From Eledone cirrhosa (lineage: Eukaryota), in the NCBI GenBank assembly GCA_964016885.1, contig OZ024754.1:17484001-17548000 (forward strand): a DNA stretch of 64,000 nt, read 5' to 3'. The position numbers and the translations under genes were made by a program. Below are positions 30,048 through 44,473 of the stretch, in pieces. Under the pieces are notes generated by a model, which saw only the letters and a program-made list of their open reading frames with translations, had not been told where the DNA came from and did not search any database. How positions within the stretch are numbered: the first letter of the stretch is position 1; each line of letters starts with the position of its first letter.

Positions 30048-30500
30048 ATAGGTCCGTACGAAGCTAAGAAGAAGTGTGTGTGTATATGTGAGTAAAAGAG
30101 TGTGTGTCCATGTAAGTACAAAGCTATGAGCAAAATATGTTAATATAAGGGTGTGTATCGGCATGTATTAGTTGTAAGAGAAGCTGCTAATGATCAAGAG
30201 AAAGCGATAGGAATCTAGGGGTTTGATAATGGACGGCGTATTAGAGAAATTGGGGAGTTGAGTTGATTGCAAGAGGGGTATAGGACCCAAGGCGGTGAAT
30301 CAAACTTTGTTCAGTCCTGGTGCGTGAGGACTGTGATCCATTATATAAAAGGACACTCAGGACTGAAACATGTAGGGAAGAATGACCAGGAGAACAGAAA
30401 TGACGGGCGACAGGAGTATCCAAACCGAGTCTGATGACCCTCAAATGTTCGGCAAAACGGTCCGTCATACGGCGTCCCGTTTGTCCGTTATATAAAGAAT
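29615..30500 (-). mobile_element. Penelope-like 3' fragment (GIY-YIG + pLTR with HHR 29718-29753)
   Basis: LYNGQTGRRMTDRFAEHLRVIR..PVARHFCSPGHS..RTRTEQSLIHRLGSYTPLAIN. Confidence 0.85.
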
Positions 30501-30513
30501 ATATTTATATATA

Positions 30514-32629
30514 TGTAGCAGTTGCCTCCCTTGTTGTGATACTCACAACCCCAATAGATTAACACCATCTAGACAGGAAGTAGAACCCTTTCTGTAACTT
30601 CCGGTCAGAACCCTATAAAACTAACAACCTTAAGTTCTCATTCTCTCATTTGCCCTTCCGGCGCCTGGCCTTCTCCAGGCGTCTTCTGCCAGCCGCGTTT
30701 GCTTGGCAATCAAAACGGTAACTACTAACTTTGCTTCATTCTTTCGTTTATTCATTGACATGTCAACTATACTGTTAAATTGTTGATTAAATATTATACA
30801 CACAAACCATGTCTCCTTGTTACATTCATACACGCTAGTTCATCGCTATATTGGTAACCCTGACGTGATACGAACACGCAGCCGTTCATTGTTATAAGTG
30901 GTCACCCCGAAAAAAGAAAAAAATAGCGGAATCTGGTGTTGTGTGAGTAACATTACGAATACACAGCAAATTTATTGACAAACTATGAAAATACTCAGTC
31001 AAAGAAACGCACACACGCACATGTGAAACTTTCGTGCGGACACTCTTTTTCCCTCACGCATCTACTAACTGTCGCAGTTTGCTGTATATATATATATATG
31101 TTTCTCCAAGAAACGAACACACCACGCACATGTGAAATTCGCGTTCAGACAGACTTTTTCTCTCACGCATCAACTAACTGTCGCATTTCACGATATATAT
31201 ATATGTTTCTCGTTTCTTACAACGTACACTTTCAAAACGAAAAAAAAAACAAAAAAAAAAAAAGAAATTTGATATTTTTTTTTTAAAAACATTTCAACAG
31301 GAACATTTATTTTCGATGAACCATTGCCTTTTTTTTCATCGTTTTCTTCATCGTTCAAGTTTTTTTTTTTTTTTTTTTCAAAAGTTCACACCAATAATTA
31401 TGCTAAGTGAAGCCTTTCTTTTTCATCATTGTCACTTTCACACTTGCACTATCATTTTCTGGCGCGTTAGAAATATTATTTTTTCAACCTAACTTAACCT
31501 TGTATTGGCACGTGTAGGCAACACAAATTCTCAACTCACGGAGATATCTCGACTCACAGAGACAGCCGCACGCCAGAGATAACGTTTCTCGCCAAGGATT
31601 CTTCAGCCTTAAGCTATATTCTCCTATTTGCCGGTTAAAAATTTTACCACGTAAATTTGCCGTTGAAAACTGCGCATTTATTCAGAATGCTTATTTCTTT
31701 GGTCGCTGGCCTCTTGACCCTTCCAGGTCAACGCATTCTCAACATCGACCATCAACTTCGGCTGTTATTTCTAGCACTTTGCGCAACTCATTTTTTCTGA
31801 AAAAATTTTTTTTTTTTTTTTACTGTGAATTTAAACACCGAATACGCTCACTCCGCGAGACAACAACATCAACAGCAACACAACTTCAACAACCAAAACC
31901 AGCAGAACAAGCCAGAGAATTTATTTTTGCAGCACTCTTCCTGTGAGAAAATCCATTCGGAGGTTGGAAATTTCACGATATACCACAGAACAGAAACCAC
32001 CTGCATTCATTCTCTGGAACACACTTTCTTTCCGGCTGTCATATGATTGCACATCTGTGTACTATATTTTGTACATTTGAACTTTGAGCTCTTCTCTTAC
32101 TTTATTACATTGTATCTTTGGGTGATGGATAGATAGATGTCCAGTCGTTCTCTGGCCAAGAGCAGTTGGCTACCTTGATATCTATCATTGATTTTTGCAA
32201 ACATTCTTTTGTCGTAATTTTCATGCCTGTTACAACATTCTCGCCAACTTGCTACATATTTCATTCGATTTTTATATTCTAAAATTCTGGCGGGAGGTTA
32301 TGTAGCAGTTGCCTCCCTTGTTGTGACACTCACAACCCCAATAGATTAACACCATCTAGACAGGAAGTAGAACCCTTTCTGTAACTTCCGGTCAGAACCC
32401 TATAAAACTAACAACCTTAAGTTCTCATTCTCTCATTTGCCCTTCCGGCGCCTGGCCTTCTCCAGGCGTCTTCTGCCAGCCGCATTTGCCTGGCAATCAG
32501 AACGGTAACTACTAACTTTGCTTCATTCTTTCGTTTATTCATTGACATGTCAACTATACTGTTAAATTGTTGATTAAATATTATACACACAAACCATGTC
32601 TCCTTGTTACATTCATACACGCTAGTTCA

Positions 32630-32631
<2 letters not shown>
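30514..32631 (+). mobile_element. non-coding LTR retroelement (TRIM/LARD-like) with tRNA-Trp PBS
   Basis: Direct repeats 30514-30850 and 32301-32631 start TGTAGC and show about 4 substitutions by eye; PBS TGGTAACCCTGACGTGAT at 30852; purine tract GGCGGGAGG before the 3' LTR; no gag/pol recognised. Confidence 0.85.
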
Positions 32632-32713
<82 letters not shown>

Positions 32714-32745
32714 TTATGTTTACCTTTTACTTACATATATATATA

Positions 32746-33455
32746 TCAACGCTTACGTGGACCTCTCAAAATTCGTCGGATGTTCTGATTGGACTTTTAC
32801 CTCAAAACTAGATACCAACCCGGAGTACACCTGAACTTCCACCGGGCAATCTTTCGTATCTTTGAAATTTTCTTTGCTTCTTGATTTAAATATTCCACGA
32901 CTTTCTACCACTTTTCCTCTACTACAATCTTCTTACACCACCTTCTTGTCACCCGTTTATTTTTCACTCCCACCCTAGTACCTTCAATATGCCCAATCTC
33001 AAATCTTTTCCCCGCCAGCTCCATTCTACTCTCAAGCACTTCCTCCAACCTCTCCCCCTATATGCATCCAATCCTCCCTGAATCTCTCCAACCTCATCTT
33101 CACCAAAACACGATACAACAGTCACATCACATTTTTAAGTCGCTGTCTCCACCACCTCAATCCCCGCGGTTTCCGCCTCAAGTTACACCCCACCTCTTAC
33201 TCTGCTCCCACCACTGAGCACATCCTTACCCGCTCCTCTCATCAGATCATGCGGGCGACTATTCGATCAACTCTCGCTCAAATCCGTTCTCTCAACCGAG
33301 ATCTCCCCAAGGCCTACCTCAATCTCTCCCCCACTTGCCACCCTTTCCTTGCCCAATCCCTTATCCAATTCATCTTTTACCTCAATCGCCTCCTTTTCAA
33401 TTTCCTGACTTCTGTAAACAGTCATAAACTCGACTCTCTCCGCTCCCCGCCATTA
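32746..33455 (+). mobile_element. Penelope-like 5' fragment (ORF N-terminus)
   Basis: HITFLSRCLHHLNPRGFRLKL resembles the PLE N-terminal FLxxC..P.GF motif; follows (TA)n. Confidence 0.55.
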
Positions 33456-33765
33456 ACTTGTACGTCTCTATACATATATGTATGTACGTATACATACTAC
33501 TGTACGTCTGTATACATATATGTATGTACGTATACATACTAATGTGCGTCTGTATACATATATGTATGTACGTATACATACTTACATTTAAGTATCAGCC
33601 GTACTAAGAGTGAGAAATGAAATTTCATTTCATTCTTTTCCATTTATCGTTTTCGGTACGCCCGGCCGACTAACTCACTCGATATGCAAATTAGGCTGCT
33701 CAGCCGTTAATATGCATAAGGAAAGTATATACTTTCAAACGTTCAATCACCTGACAGGAAGGTAT

Positions 33766-33808
33766 ACAATGCTGACGATAGCTAATAAGCTTGAAACTAG
33801 TTCATCGT
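33766..33808 (+). ncRNA. minimal hammerhead ribozyme in ~425-bp repeat
   Basis: acaatg-CTGACGA-tAGCT(aata)AGCTt-GAAAC-ta-GTT-catcgt. Confidence 0.7.
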
Positions 33809-34101
33809 TCCATTGTCAGTGTTGAACAAAAGGGTGACGATGGTTGCCGAACACCGTACGGCTTAATTCGGACTGTTTGTTTACAAACAAACCGAACATT
33901 ATAATAAATGTTCGGTAAATCCATACGTACATATATATATATGTGTGTATATATACATACTACTGTACGTCTGTATACATATATGTATGTACGTATACAT
34001 ACTTACATTTAAGTATCAGCCGTACTAAGAGTGAGAAATGAAATTTCATTTCATTCTTTTCCATTTATATAATAAAATGTGGAGAGGAAGCACACGAGTT
34101 A

Positions 34102-34179
<78 letters not shown>

Positions 34180-34181
<2 letters not shown>

Positions 34182-35452
34182 ACAGGGAGAAAGAGACGAT
34201 TATTTTTATTTATTTCACTCTTTTTTCTGGGTTAGAAAATGATTAAAACGAAATATTTTACTTTGTGTAAAGTGTTAAGGTATTAGTTGATTTATTTATT
34301 AATTAACAATGGCATTTATATATTTAATAATTGTCTATTACCGGTTTCAGCATTTTTATGCATTATCAAATGATAGTGATATGTATTAGTGTAGAATGGC
34401 GGTGTTGCACATGTTAAAGAAATGGTGCAGAAAGAATAATGTTATTTACAAACAAGGTTTATGAAGTGAAAAGAAAAAAGAAAAAGAAAAAAGAAAAAAG
34501 AAAAAAGAAAAAAGAAAAAAGAAAAAAGAAAAAAGAAAAAAGAAAAAAGAAAAAAAAAGAAAAACAAAGAAAAAAGAAAAGAGAAAAAAAGAAAAAAGAA
34601 AAGAGGGTCAATGTGAAAGAAAAAATAATGTTATTTACAGGCATAGTTCTTGAAGTTAAGCAGAACAATATGTGTTAATATAGCAAGGGTGTTTAGTTGA
34701 TCCATGATGGAGGCAAATGGTGGACTGGGGTTTGATATGATTTCCCTTTTTAGATAGTTAATATGCAGGGGGAGGCAATTCATGCTGGATAATATTTAAT
34801 TTATTTAAGAAAAAGGATTAGATAGTGTGTGAGGGGGTAACTCTTGTAAATGTTTGATTGTTTGTTCCAGTTTTAGTTTGGTCCGAAGTTTAGAGCATTA
34901 AGTAGAGGTTGGAATTTGTTAATGAAATATGTTTCCTTATTGGTACGATGGATGAAAGTAGCGTTGTCTATGAATTTGTAAAGGGGGGAAATTTTAAAGT
35001 TTGGATGTTGGTTGGGTGCACAATTGGCGATATGTTCACTAAATGCAATCTTTCTGTATTCCTGTATTTTGATTTGTGTTTTATGGACGGTCATACGTTG
35101 TCGGAGGCTGTTTTTTGTTTGTCCCATGTAGTGCTCTTGACAACCTGAGCAGGTCAAAACATAGATTAGGTTTTCAGATGCACACGTAAAGTTGTGTTTA
35201 ATTGTGAAATGTTGTCATTGTTTAAAATGGAATGTTGAACCTTCTATTAGATTTATGCATATACGACAGTTGGGCCTTCCGCATTTTTTTTACCTTAGGA
35301 TTCATTGTGAGGGTTTGTTGGATTTTGGCTTGTATGAGGATGTTTTTTATGGATTTAGGTTGTCTTTTGCTCTTTATGATGTTGTGTGTTTGGAGGATTT
35401 TGTTCATTCTTGGATCTCTTTTTAGTAAAGGAATGTTCTGGGGAACACATAT

Positions 35453-35455
<3 letters not shown>
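34180..35455 (-). mobile_element. Penelope-like 3' fragment (GIY-YIG) with U3-A8 HHR-like motif at about 34333-34372
   Basis: SKRQPKSIKNIL..; NLIYVLTCSGCQEHYMGQTKNSLRQRMTVHK..KETYFINKFQPLLN. Confidence 0.85.
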
Positions 35456-35503
<48 letters not shown>

Positions 35504-35506
<3 letters not shown>

Positions 35507-37874
35507 CGAAGGAAATGTGGTAAGGAACCAGGTGGACCATAACGCACCAAAGTACTCAATACTTGAGGTAGTAGAGTGGGTAATAGGAACCAGTAAGACC
35601 CCGACAGCTGAGCTCAAGCCGTTTCGACGGCTAATTCTGGACTAAATGAAAATTTATCCTGGTATTTGAATAGCCGATCTTCTCAAGGGGTAATTCCATA
35701 TATGGTCAAAGTGATTGTCAAAAATCAGTAGTAATTCTGTGGTTGCAAATTAGTAGGGGAGATGGTGGCTAAACCTGCCAGTAGGAGAAAGAGGGGAGGG
35801 GGTGGAGTAGCCCCAATCAAGCGTTTGTAGTGCCAGCTACAGCTGGGCATGAGGTCAAAGAAGATACAGAGGAGGGGGAGGGGGAGGAAGTCGGAACGGT
35901 AGGTAGAACAAAGGGAGGTAGAAATATATAGGAAAGAAAAAATACTGAGAGTGAAGAAAAGCAAATAAGTGTAAAGAAAAACAAATGAGTGTAAAGAAAA
36001 AAGTAAAGTAAATTAAAATCTACGACCTAGGTCTCTAGCTATTGTAGTCTAGAATAAATAAATAAAGAAAGAAAGAAAGAAGTAAAGAAAGAAATAGAGA
36101 AATAACGAAATAAGTAAAAGAACTAGGTGGGACGGAATAGGCGAGGACCCTTTTAAGAGGTATAAGTACGTAAATGATACGGTGACGGGTCAACAAAAGG
36201 GGCCAAAATACTAAAGAGACTACCACGAAATAAACAATAAAGGTTTCCATCCCGGGCACAATTCCAGCAACCACCCTGTGCAGCAAAGTGAACTAATACG
36301 AGATAATAATTCTGAGTCCCGAGAAAAATATACTAATGCTAACTCTAAAAGATCTAAAACAAGCTACATGAAAGTTCGTACGAAGTAAAGGTAGAATACG
36401 GAAGAATAAATTCAGAATCCACCCCGCCCAAAAGAAAAGCGAAGAAAGAAATACTGAAACGAAAAAATAAGGCATAAGTGCCACTAAGAAATATAGAGGG
36501 CACAGAGAATAGTGGGAGCGGTCGGAAAAAGGGGACAAGTATCCGGGGTCTAAACCAACTGCTATAAAGGGCGGAGTCCGCCAAATCTATCCTAGACTAG
36601 GGGAGGGGGTGGGGGGTACTTCTTTGTATTCTTTTATCGCTTCCTTTATTTCCTTCCTTCTCCCCTCTCTCCTTAGTCCTTCTACCCCAGCTCTTCTCCT
36701 TTGTCGGCGTCTTTTCTCGCCCACCCGAGGCTGCCCTTTGGCCCCTTGTAGCCTTAGTACCCCCACCCCCTCCCCTAGTCTAGGATAGATTTGGCGGACA
36801 CCGCCCTTTATAGCAGTTGGTTTAGACCCCGGATACTTGTCCCCTTTTTCCGACCGCTCCCACTATTCTCTGTGCCCTCTATATTTCTTAGTGGCACTTA
36901 TGCCTTATTTTTTCGTTTCAGTATTTCTTTCTTCGCTTTTCTTTTGGGCGGGGTGGATTCTGAATTTATTCTTCCGTATTCTACCTTTACTTCGTACGAA
37001 CTTTCATGTAGCTTGTTTTAGATCTTTTAGAGTTAGCATTAGTATATTTTTCTCGGGACTCAGAATTATTATCTCGTATTAGTTCACTTTGCTGCACAGG
37101 GTGGTTGCTGGAATTGTGCCCGGGATGGAAACCTTTATTGTTTATTTCGTGGTAGTCTCTTTAGTATTTTGGCCCCTTTTGTTGACCCGTCACCGTATCA
37201 TTTACGTACTTATACCTCTTAAAAGGGTCCTCGCCTATTCCGTCCCACCTAGTTCTTTTACTTATTTCGTTATTTCTCTATTTCTTTCTTTACTTCTTTC
37301 TTTCTTTCTTTATTTATTTATTCTAGACTACAATAGCTAGAGACCTAGGTCGTAGATTTTAATTTACTTTACTTTTTTCTTTACACTCATTTGTTTTTCT
37401 TTACACTTATTTGCTTTTCTTCACTCTCAGTATTTTTTCTTTCCTATATATTTCTACCTCCCTTTGTTCTACCTACCGTTCCGACTTCCTCCCCCTCCCC
37501 CTCCCCCTCCCCTGTATCTTCTTTGACCTCATGCCCAGCTGTAGTTGGCACTACAAACGCTTGATTGGGGCTTCTCCACCCCCTCCCCTCTTTCTCCTAC
37601 TGGCAGGTTTAGCCACCATCTCCCCTACTAATTTGCAACCACAGAATTACTACTGATTTTTGACAATCACTTTGACCATATATGGAATTACCCCTTGAGA
37701 AGATCGGCTATTCAAATACCAGGATAAATTTTCATTTAGTCCAGAATTAGCCGTCGAAACGGCTTGAGCTCAGCTGTCGGGGTCTTACTGGTTCCTATTA
37801 CCCACTCTACTACCTCAAGTATTGAGTACTTTGGTGCGTTATGGTCCACCTGGTTCCTTACCACTTTTCCTTCG

Positions 37875-37876
<2 letters not shown>
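35504..37876. repeat. 1.1-kb inverted repeat of non-coding PLE 3' UTR/pLTR
   Basis: Arms 35504-36620 and 36756-37876, 135-bp spacer, (TA)n on both sides; related to the 3' end of the 8141-10440 element. Confidence 0.9.
37690..37783 (+). ncRNA. hammerhead ribozyme with U3-A8 core (mirror copy 35598-35691 minus)
   Basis: acccc-TTGAGAA-gatCGGCTA..TAGCCGtc-GAAA-CGGCT(tgagctc)AGCTG-TC-ggggt. Confidence 0.7.
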
Positions 37877-37919
<43 letters not shown>

Positions 37920-38247
37920 CATACATATATTAATATGTATAAACCACTGGGAAGTAGTTCGGGGAGAGAAATAAATAAATGAGATTGAAAAAATTCAAAA
38001 GATATATATAAGAAAATAAAAATGAAAATAAAGCCATAAAGGGACGTGTTGACAACGAAAGGTGGGGGCGGGGAAATAATTAAATAATAAAATATAAATA
38101 CAAACAACGTATAAAAACAAACACATACACACGATATGTATATATACATATATACAAACACACATATATATATATATCAAAATAAATATGTATATATATA
38201 CACACAGACATACACACACATACATATACACAGTGTGTATATGTATG

Positions 38248-38364
<117 letters not shown>

Positions 38365-38491
38365 CATATATACATATGAGTAAACACACGTGAAAGACAA
38401 AAGTATATGTATACATACAATGTGTACACATATAGAAAGGAAATCCTTATAATTATATACCCCGTCACGCATATATACACATATATACAAT

Positions 38492-38634
<143 letters not shown>

Positions 38635-38986
38635 GCGTTCACACGTAAAAATAAGTACATAACCCACGTACATGCGCACACACGCGCGCGCGCTGTCACA
38701 CATACAATAATATATCAATACACGCATACATATATACATATATACATAAATCCATACAGGTACACACACACACACACAAACACATGCATGCTTACATACA
38801 CGTGCGTGTGTGTGTGTATATACATATAGGCAGACAAACTATATATACACGCACACTCGCAGGTAGGTGTATATAAAGGGTAAGCATAATTATACACAAA
38901 CGAGGGTACCAAAAATGAAAAGATATACTCACAGATCCATGCGCAAAAAAATTATAATTATAGATAAACAAATATTATATATATAC

Positions 38987-39106
<120 letters not shown>

Positions 39107-39119
39107 TATATACATTATA

Positions 39120-42100
39120 TAATATTATTCAAAATGTTAACAAATGAAAAATATTCACATAATCAAAATATATACTTTATTATATATATTTCAAAGGTAC
39201 TGTGTTGTTTCAGTACGTCTTCATCAGATAAAATATATGATTTGATATATGACATACCACTACGGTCTTGATTATTCAATTCCAGTATTGGCAGTGATTT
39301 ATTTCATCAAATCTCAACGTTTTTATACCACAAATAATATGATAAACTTAAAGAAGAGAAGGACGTGGAGCAAATTAGAGATATAAGAGGGGTGCAAAGA
39401 AGAGGAAAAGGCAAGAAATAAATAAATACATATATAATAAATAAATGAATAAAAAATAAATGGATGAATGAAGAAAAGAAGAAAAGAAATATATAAAAAA
39501 GAAAAGAGGAATAACGACAAAAGAGAAGGAAGGTGTGGGGAGAGCAAAAGGAAACGAAGGGGGGGGGGGGATAAAGAAAAATAAAGAAAAAGAAAAAGAG
39601 GAAGAAGGAAACACCAAATATAGGGGAATAAAAAAACCGTTGTTTTCAAATGCTAGATAAAATAAGCAATCAAATCTATTCACATAAACAATTGAATATC
39701 ACTTGTATTTGATTATGATTTAGCTAATTATATTTTTATATTACTCTAGATTATTCAGCATATATTACTTTCCATCCATAGCAATAACATATTTTATTTA
39801 ATTAGGAATTTATATAATTTAATTTAACTCATTATAATTTTTAATTTTAAGGTAAGATATTCTATCAATATTTTGTTACAACTTTAAAAGAATTAATCTT
39901 TAAAGCGTATTTAAATAATTATTAAATATATATTAAAATATAATACCATGCATATATCATCATCAATACATATAATATATTTAGATCATTTATTACCCAA
40001 ATTATTTAATTTAATTTAGAGATTGTCTTTATAAAAGCTTTACTATTCTTTGATTTTTATTTAATTCCCGGAATCAAACTGTAGTTATATTTACTCTCAA
40101 TAGTTTTATTTCATTAATTTAATGAATGGTCATATTTACTTCTGTATTTACTTATTTTGATATATAGTTTCCTTTTAAAGATAGTCTATATATTATTAAT
40201 CTAACATATTTCATATTTAATATGCTTTAGCAAGCTAGCCAAAAAGAAATGTTTACGGACAATGTAAACAAAAGCAAGATAACTCATTCACCGTATACAA
40301 TCATTTATAACTAATCTCAACTCTCACGTCCAGCGATAATTCAAAAGCCATAAATCATGAATTGTATATATCATAATCAATGTCTCTATTAAATATTGGA
40401 TAAAGAGACTCTTAATGAAATTATTCAATACATATAAATATCAATAAATTATTACTTCAATAACGCAAAACATATATATATATTTAAATTATTAATTGTC
40501 AATATTCTTTCGAAACTTGTACATTGCCTGGAAAGTATAACCAATTTTATGGTGACAATTACTAACTAAATAATTCATTTTTTTTTTGTCATAATTTGTA
40601 ATTATCTGTAGAATCTCAAGGTTACAAAGATTGCAAATGTGCGAAATAGTTGAGTTCTGATAGGAAGCAGCATTTTTTTATTTGACCCAAGAGAAAGAGT
40701 ATTTAATATTATTGTCCTTTAAAGACAATACTAATTGCGAAAGTGAAGTTGAAAATTTCTTATCTGGTCTATTGAAAGAATGTCTATGATTATACCAACG
40801 TTCCTTAAATTTAGCTGAGGTGGCACCTATGTAGTTATATATATTATTATTTGTCTTAATGGTACATTTATATACTAGATTTTTGTCAAGGCAATTATTT
40901 TGTAAATGACATTCAGACCTCTTTCTACAATTACATTTCTTCTCAATGTTATTTACAGACGTTATATTATTCCCATTATTATTTAAAGGTGTTCTACTAT
41001 TATTCTGTTTAAACTATTATTAACGTTATTCCCATTAACTAATGTATTGTTATTATTATTATTATTATTGCTAATTATAGGTTGGTTCAAATTAAGATTT
41101 TTATTATTTATTGTTGCTATATTTTGAGCAATAGTTGTTGAATAAGAAAGTTTAACTGTGTGTCTATTGAAGATAGAGTAATATTTATGTGACCTAGGGA
41201 AGCATTTATCCAAAGCTTTAAAAAAGAAATGTGCTACAGGTGGTTTAATAGCTAAAGATGCTGGCGGAGCATACCAAATTATAGATCTAGTTCTTATTTT
41301 TTCCTCGATTTATTCATCCAGTTGTTGTTTTTATATTCATTTTTATTATGATTATTGTGATTATAATTAATTTTATTTTGATGGATTTCAGTATTTTTAT
41401 CTATATACTCAATGTTATTGTTATATCCAGCTTTATGTAACGCTTCATTATAATATATAGCCTTACTATTAAATATGAATCTATTAGCAGATAGCATGGA
41501 TATTCGTTGTTGTACACTGTTGACTATTGCATTCTTACCACTTTTAGGCCTGAGTTCAGATTTAGAGTCACATCTAAAAAATTGACTATTTTATTATTAT
41601 TTTCTATTTCTAATTTCAGGTCATAATTTAAAGGATAAAAATGCACACAAGATCTGTAAATTGCGCCGAATCTGACGAATCCATAGTAATGTCAAAATTC
41701 TTCTGTCTAGTCCAAAGATAATTAATTATTAAGATTCTTCTTCTAGTCCAACGATAATTATTAAAATCAATCAAGGGTCACCTTTCTGTTAATATAATAT
41801 TTATCTCCTGACTAGATAGGTCTGTGTGTTTATATGCATATGATAGTGCCTTATTTAATAGATTACGGTAGGAGTTATCGAAGAATAATAAGTCGCTATA
41901 TCCATTTGAATGAACTTATAATTATTTTTATGTTTAATATTTTAGAACCAATCTATAACTTCACTAGTGCCTTTCCACAGATTTAGCTGTGACCTCAATT
42001 TAAGTGTTCGTAAATACTGCCAATACTGGAATTGAATAATCAAAACCGTAGCGGTATGTCACATATCAAATCATATATTTTGTCTGATGAAAACGTACTT

Positions 42101-42195
42101 AAACCCCATGGAACCTTTGAAATATGTATAATAAAATATATATTTTGATTATGAGAATATTTTTCATTTGTTAACATTTTGAATAATATTATATA
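39120..42195 (-). mobile_element. degenerate Penelope-like element with inverted HHR-like termini
   Basis: Minus strand 40520-41530: IWYAPP, CFPRSHKYYSIFNRHTVKLSYSTT, CNCRK, YIGATS, CNLCNLE. Termini about 39120-39295 and 42020-42195 are inverted, diverged copies. Confidence 0.8.
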
Positions 42196-42604
42196 TAAAT
42201 GTGGATTGGCAGTATCAGTAGAGGGTCGGAGGCCATGCTTTGACGCATAGAGTTACGTCCCTTTCCATTCTGAGTTCAAATCCCGCCGAGGTTAACTTTG
42301 CCTTTCATCCTTACGGGGTCGATAAAATAAAGTACCAGCAATGCACTGGGTAATTTCTGGCCTTGTGCCAAAAGTAGAAAAATTATATATAAATATATAT
42401 ATAAATATATATATAAATATAAGTATGTACACGTACATACATATATGTATACAGACGTACAGTAGTATGTATATATACATACATGCACGTATGGATTCAC
42501 CGAACATTTATTATAATGCTCGGTGTGTTTGTAAACAAACATCCCGTATTAAGCCGTAGTATCCAGCAACCATCGTTGCTCGTTTGTTCAACACTGACAA
42601 AGGA

Positions 42605-42647
42605 ACGCTGTACTAGTTTCAAGCTTATTAGCTATCGTCAGCAACGT
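42605..42647 (-). ncRNA. minimal hammerhead ribozyme
   Basis: acgttg-CTGACGA-tAGCT(aata)AGCTt-GAAAC-ta-GTA-cagcgt. Confidence 0.75.
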
Positions 42648-43287
42648 ATACCTTCCTGCCAGATTGTTGAACGTATATACTTACCTTATGCATATTAACG
42701 GCTGAATAGCCCAATTTGCATATCGAGTGGGTTAATCGGCCGGGTGCACCGAAAACGATAAACGGAAAAAATGAAACGAAATTTCATTTCCCACTCTTAG
42801 TACGGCTGTTACTTAAATATAAGTATGTACACGTACATACATATATGTATACAGACGTACAGTAGTATGCATATATATATATATATATACATACATGCAC
42901 ACATATATATATGCACAAATTGAATTGTCATCTGTCATATACTATCCCCTCTCTTCTTCCTTTCTTACAACTAATATAAATACTTCAATTTTTCTGATTT
43001 TTTCAAATTTATCCAATATCTCTGAAGAAGTGACAACTGATTATACATTTGCTATCGAATACTTGCTAACATTATATGATTACGCAAGCAGCGATACATA
43101 GGTATTCCGTCTGTTACAGAAACATATGTCAATACCTAATAAATTCCTTTATAAAAGCACTTTCATTTTATATTCATCTTTTCTACATTTTCTCCGGAAT
43201 ATAATTTATACTCCTTGAGCAAACCTACACGTACGCTGTTCATCTCTAACGTGACGATATATTATCACTACATTATTGATAACTTGA

Positions 43288-43460
<173 letters not shown>

Positions 43461-43466
43461 CAAATC

Positions 43467-43514
<48 letters not shown>

Positions 43515-43665
43515 CATATATATATATATGTATATATATATATACACATATATATATATACATATATATATACATATATATATACATATATATATACATA
43601 CATATATATATATATATATATATTTTAACCCTTTGTTTAACTCCAACACACTCCAGTATTTTAAC

Positions 43666-43722
<57 letters not shown>

Positions 43723-43797
43723 TATTGAAATTTCAGTTGAAAACAGAAAAGGTCATAGAAGTGCAGAGTGCTCTATGTAAGTACCAGAGCAAAATTT

Positions 43798-43932
43798 AAT
43801 GTATAAAAATCAATACAATATAATTACCTCATTACCAGAGGTTTCCCGAATGAGGCGAATACGAAAGAAACGCCTTCATTCGGGAAACCTCTGGTAATGA
43901 GGTAATTATATTGTATTGATTTTTATACATTA
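43798..43932. repeat. short fold-back palindrome of a PLE 3' tip
   Basis: About 60-bp arms with a 13-nt loop; the right arm contains GAAAC-ctctg-GTA (HHR 3'-half-like) and runs into (TA)n. Confidence 0.75.
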
Positions 43933-44376
43933 TATATATATATATACGAATTCCATGTGCGTATTTAGCCTGGGTTATGCCTTTTCATTCGTTTGGACAA
44001 AGCTCGTTGAGGAAGTAAATTTCCTGTCCGCTGGTATCTAGAAGTCTTATATATTTTTATGTGAGCTGATAGAGAACAGTTTAAGGATTTACAGAAACCC
44101 AAGAAGCTAGATTTTACATCTTTCTAGCGGGTCCGGGTATGCTTTTTACATTCATTTGATTTATTGATTTATTGATTTTTTTATCTGAGTGTCCCGAATC
44201 TTCCAGATCGCAACTTTTCGATCGTACGGTTGATTATAGACTTGTTCTATGTGTGACGGTATTTTAACGATAGTTATAGCTCTGATTTATCTAAATTATA
44301 GAGCCCTCTGCCGCTCATATCGAATTTTGTTTATCGTGAACTCGTGCGCCGATTTTTCGATACTCGATTATTCTAC

Positions 44377-44469
<93 letters not shown>

Positions 44470-44473
<4 letters not shown>

